DNA of 62,970 nt, the filler included, from Thraustochytrium aureum (Eukaryota): the NCBI GenBank assembly GCA_012862495.1. It is 5 parts of 3 records of this genome, joined end to end, with 100 filler letters (N's around TTAATTAATTAA, not from the genome) between each part and the next. Parts side by side here need not be neighbours in the genome. Positions count along the whole stretch, not along the records: positions 49,517 to 61,447 come from BLSG01000124.1; positions 61,548 to 62,970 come from BLSG01000134.1; 3 more parts are not named here. One strand, given 5' to 3'. The notes below the pieces were generated by a model that had not been told where the DNA came from, ran no database searches, and worked only from the letters and a program-made list of their open reading frames with translations. Shown one piece after another: positions 61,303 to 62,970 of the stretch; within the stretch, counting starts at the first letter, position 1; each line of letters begins with the position of its first letter. A program made the translations under genes and the position numbers.

Positions 61303-61447
61303 ATGAAGTCTTCCATCATTGCCCCCATCGCGATTCTAGCGGCTATGGCGGGCACGACCCAAGCGGAGACGACCACTCTAATTTTTATAGGTACGGGCAC
61401 TTGCCGCGACTCAAACGCCCAATTTTACGACTCCGCAGTGCTTTACT
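61303..61447 (+). CDS. 5' fragment of a secreted protein (signal peptide)
   Basis: MKSSIIAPIAILAAMAGTTQA|ETTT is a typical signal peptide, followed by FIGTGTCRDSNAQFYD. Cut by the linker. Confidence 0.6.
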
Positions 61448-61547
61448 NNNNNNNNNNNNNNNNNNNNNNNNNNNNNNNNNNNNNNNNNNNNTTAATTAAT
61501 TAANNNNNNNNNNNNNNNNNNNNNNNNNNNNNNNNNNNNNNNNNNNN
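61448..61547. other. Artificial scaffold-concatenation linker
   Basis: N44-TTAATTAATTAA-N44. Confidence 0.95.
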
Positions 61548-61795
61548 AAGCACGCGGGCTGGAGAAGCTTGACCTTTGCGTTCAAGAGGATGGATGAGAC
61601 GTACGCAGACCTTTCTGCGGACGACTGCACGAAAGGTCTCGAGGGGCTCTACTTGATGGTTTCCAAGAAGCTTGAGAAGGCGACTTAAACTAAATAGAAA
61701 TAATCGCTCTGCGCGTCGTTGGAGCAAACGCTTGTAGGTAGCGAGCGCTCTGCGCGCTCATCCGTTTTCTTATCGTTGGTGCTTTCTTGGTGCGC

Positions 61796-62699
61796 TCAGA
61801 GCCGCGCTGGCAGCGAACTGCCCTTGTAGATGAGGTCCGTGTGCTTGCGCGACCCGAGGAAGCGGCTCAGCGCAACGGACCGAAACAGCGACTCTGTCCC
61901 GGTCCCCACGTAAAAGTGCTCGCGGTAAAAGTCGCAGTGGTGCGCAGCGTACCACACCTTCTCAGCCACCACGTCCACTTGCAGGAAGGCGCTCTTGCGG
62001 TCGAAAAGCCCGCCCTTAAACTCTTGGCTGGCCGTCATTCCCGTCGCCACGTACGGGGCCGCGACATCGCAGAAACGCACGCCCTCGTGCCCGTACTCGC
62101 TGCGCAGTCCCTCGGTAAGGCTGTAAACAAAAGCCTTGGTCGCGGCGTACACCGCGTGGTTGGGAATTCCCGCGACCGACGAGGCGCTCGCCATTGTGAC
62201 AACCCGACCTCGGCTCCTCTTCAGCGCCGGGAGAGCCTTGTACGTGAGGTTGACCACGCCCGTGCAGTTCACGTCAATCTGCCGCAGCTGCCTGTCCAGG
62301 TCGAGCTTGCCAAAGGGCCCGATGGCCAGCAGGCCGGCGCAGTTGAACAGCACGTCGAGGTGCCCGCCGGGCGCGCTTTCCAGGAACGACTGCAACGCGT
62401 GTTCGCACGAGTCGGCGTCGCGGACGTCGAGGGCGCCGGTGCAAGCCGAACCCTCGCGAACCATGGCGCCAAAACTCCTGGGCGAGCTTGCTCGTGTCGA
62501 GATCAAAGCACCCGATGAACCACCCCCTCGCCGCGAAAAGCTTGGCGGTCTCGAGCCCGATCCCGTTCGCAGCGCCCGACACGAAAATCGTCCGCTGCCT
62601 CTCCACCTTCTCCATCGTGGCCTCATCCCCGCGCGGCCAGAGCACGTACGCCCCAGCAGCCGCCGCTCCAGCAGCCACGACCGCCGTGGGCGCGTCCAT
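61796..62699 (-). CDS. Classical short-chain dehydrogenase/reductase with N-terminal hydrophobic anchor; frameshift ~62472
   Basis: SGAANGIG Rossmann motif, LDVLFNCAG, IDVN, catalytic S and YAATK. Confidence 0.92.
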
Positions 62700-62970
62700 C
62701 CTTGCGCCTCGCGTTGCGTCGGTGTCGCGGCCTCGGAAATGTCGGACTGGGGATTGGGCGAGCCAAGGTGCCCTGCCTTCCCTCCTTTGGCCACGACGAG
62801 CCTATCCAGCGCGCTCGCAACGTCCTCCCCGCGCCCTCCTGCGCGAGCTGCCCTGCCGTGTCTTCAATCCGGGACTGCGTGCTCGAGCGTCGACCATGGA
62901 CGACAACGACGTCCGAAGTCGGCGACGACCAAGACGGCGACGACCAAGACGGCAAAGATGCGATCAACCT

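Noticed and set aside
8140..62474. Programmed ribosomal frameshifting or mass pseudogenisation
   Set aside because: Shifts go both +1 and -1, sit in runs of all four bases, share no stimulatory motif, and the genes show no other decay. Sequencing error explains them.

Overview
GC-rich, gene-dense eukaryotic genomic DNA with few, short GT-AG introns. It is not prokaryotic, and I saw no rRNA, tRNA, CRISPR array or intact transposon. Flagellar genes (DRC7, TMEM237-like) point to a flagellated protist. A stramenopile such as a labyrinthulomycete is my guess and is inference only. The window is five unrelated scaffold pieces joined by artificial N44-TTAATTAATTAA-N44 linkers. It also has many N gaps and about 15 single-base frameshifts, mostly in homopolymer runs, which look like sequencing error. 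Genes on the first piece (1-21789): UBL-WLM-PUB protease, ATP11, a very large DENN protein, MOCS3/UBA4, a long coiled-coil protein, a BRUTUS-like hemerythrin-CHY-RING E3 ligase and an MFS transporter. Second piece: TMEM237-like and DRC7. Third piece: a KAD-repeat coiled-coil protein, a UPF0193-like protein, a Ysc84/SYLF protein, an SPF45-like fragment, VAMP7, RBBP6/Mpe1, a PP2A B56 subunit with a PH-like N-terminus and MRE11. Fourth piece: a HERC-like N-terminal fragment, a giant SH3-SAM-EF-hand-like protein and a secreted-protein fragment. Fifth piece: an SDR. Best leads are (1) recurrent MSA-like (3R-MYB) AACGG elements upstream of ciliary/coiled-coil genes, (2) the BRUTUS-like ligase, (3) the PH-like/B56 fusion, (4) an RBBP6 lacking its zinc knuckle and (5) the giant orphan multidomain proteins. 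I found no clearly new multi-gene system.
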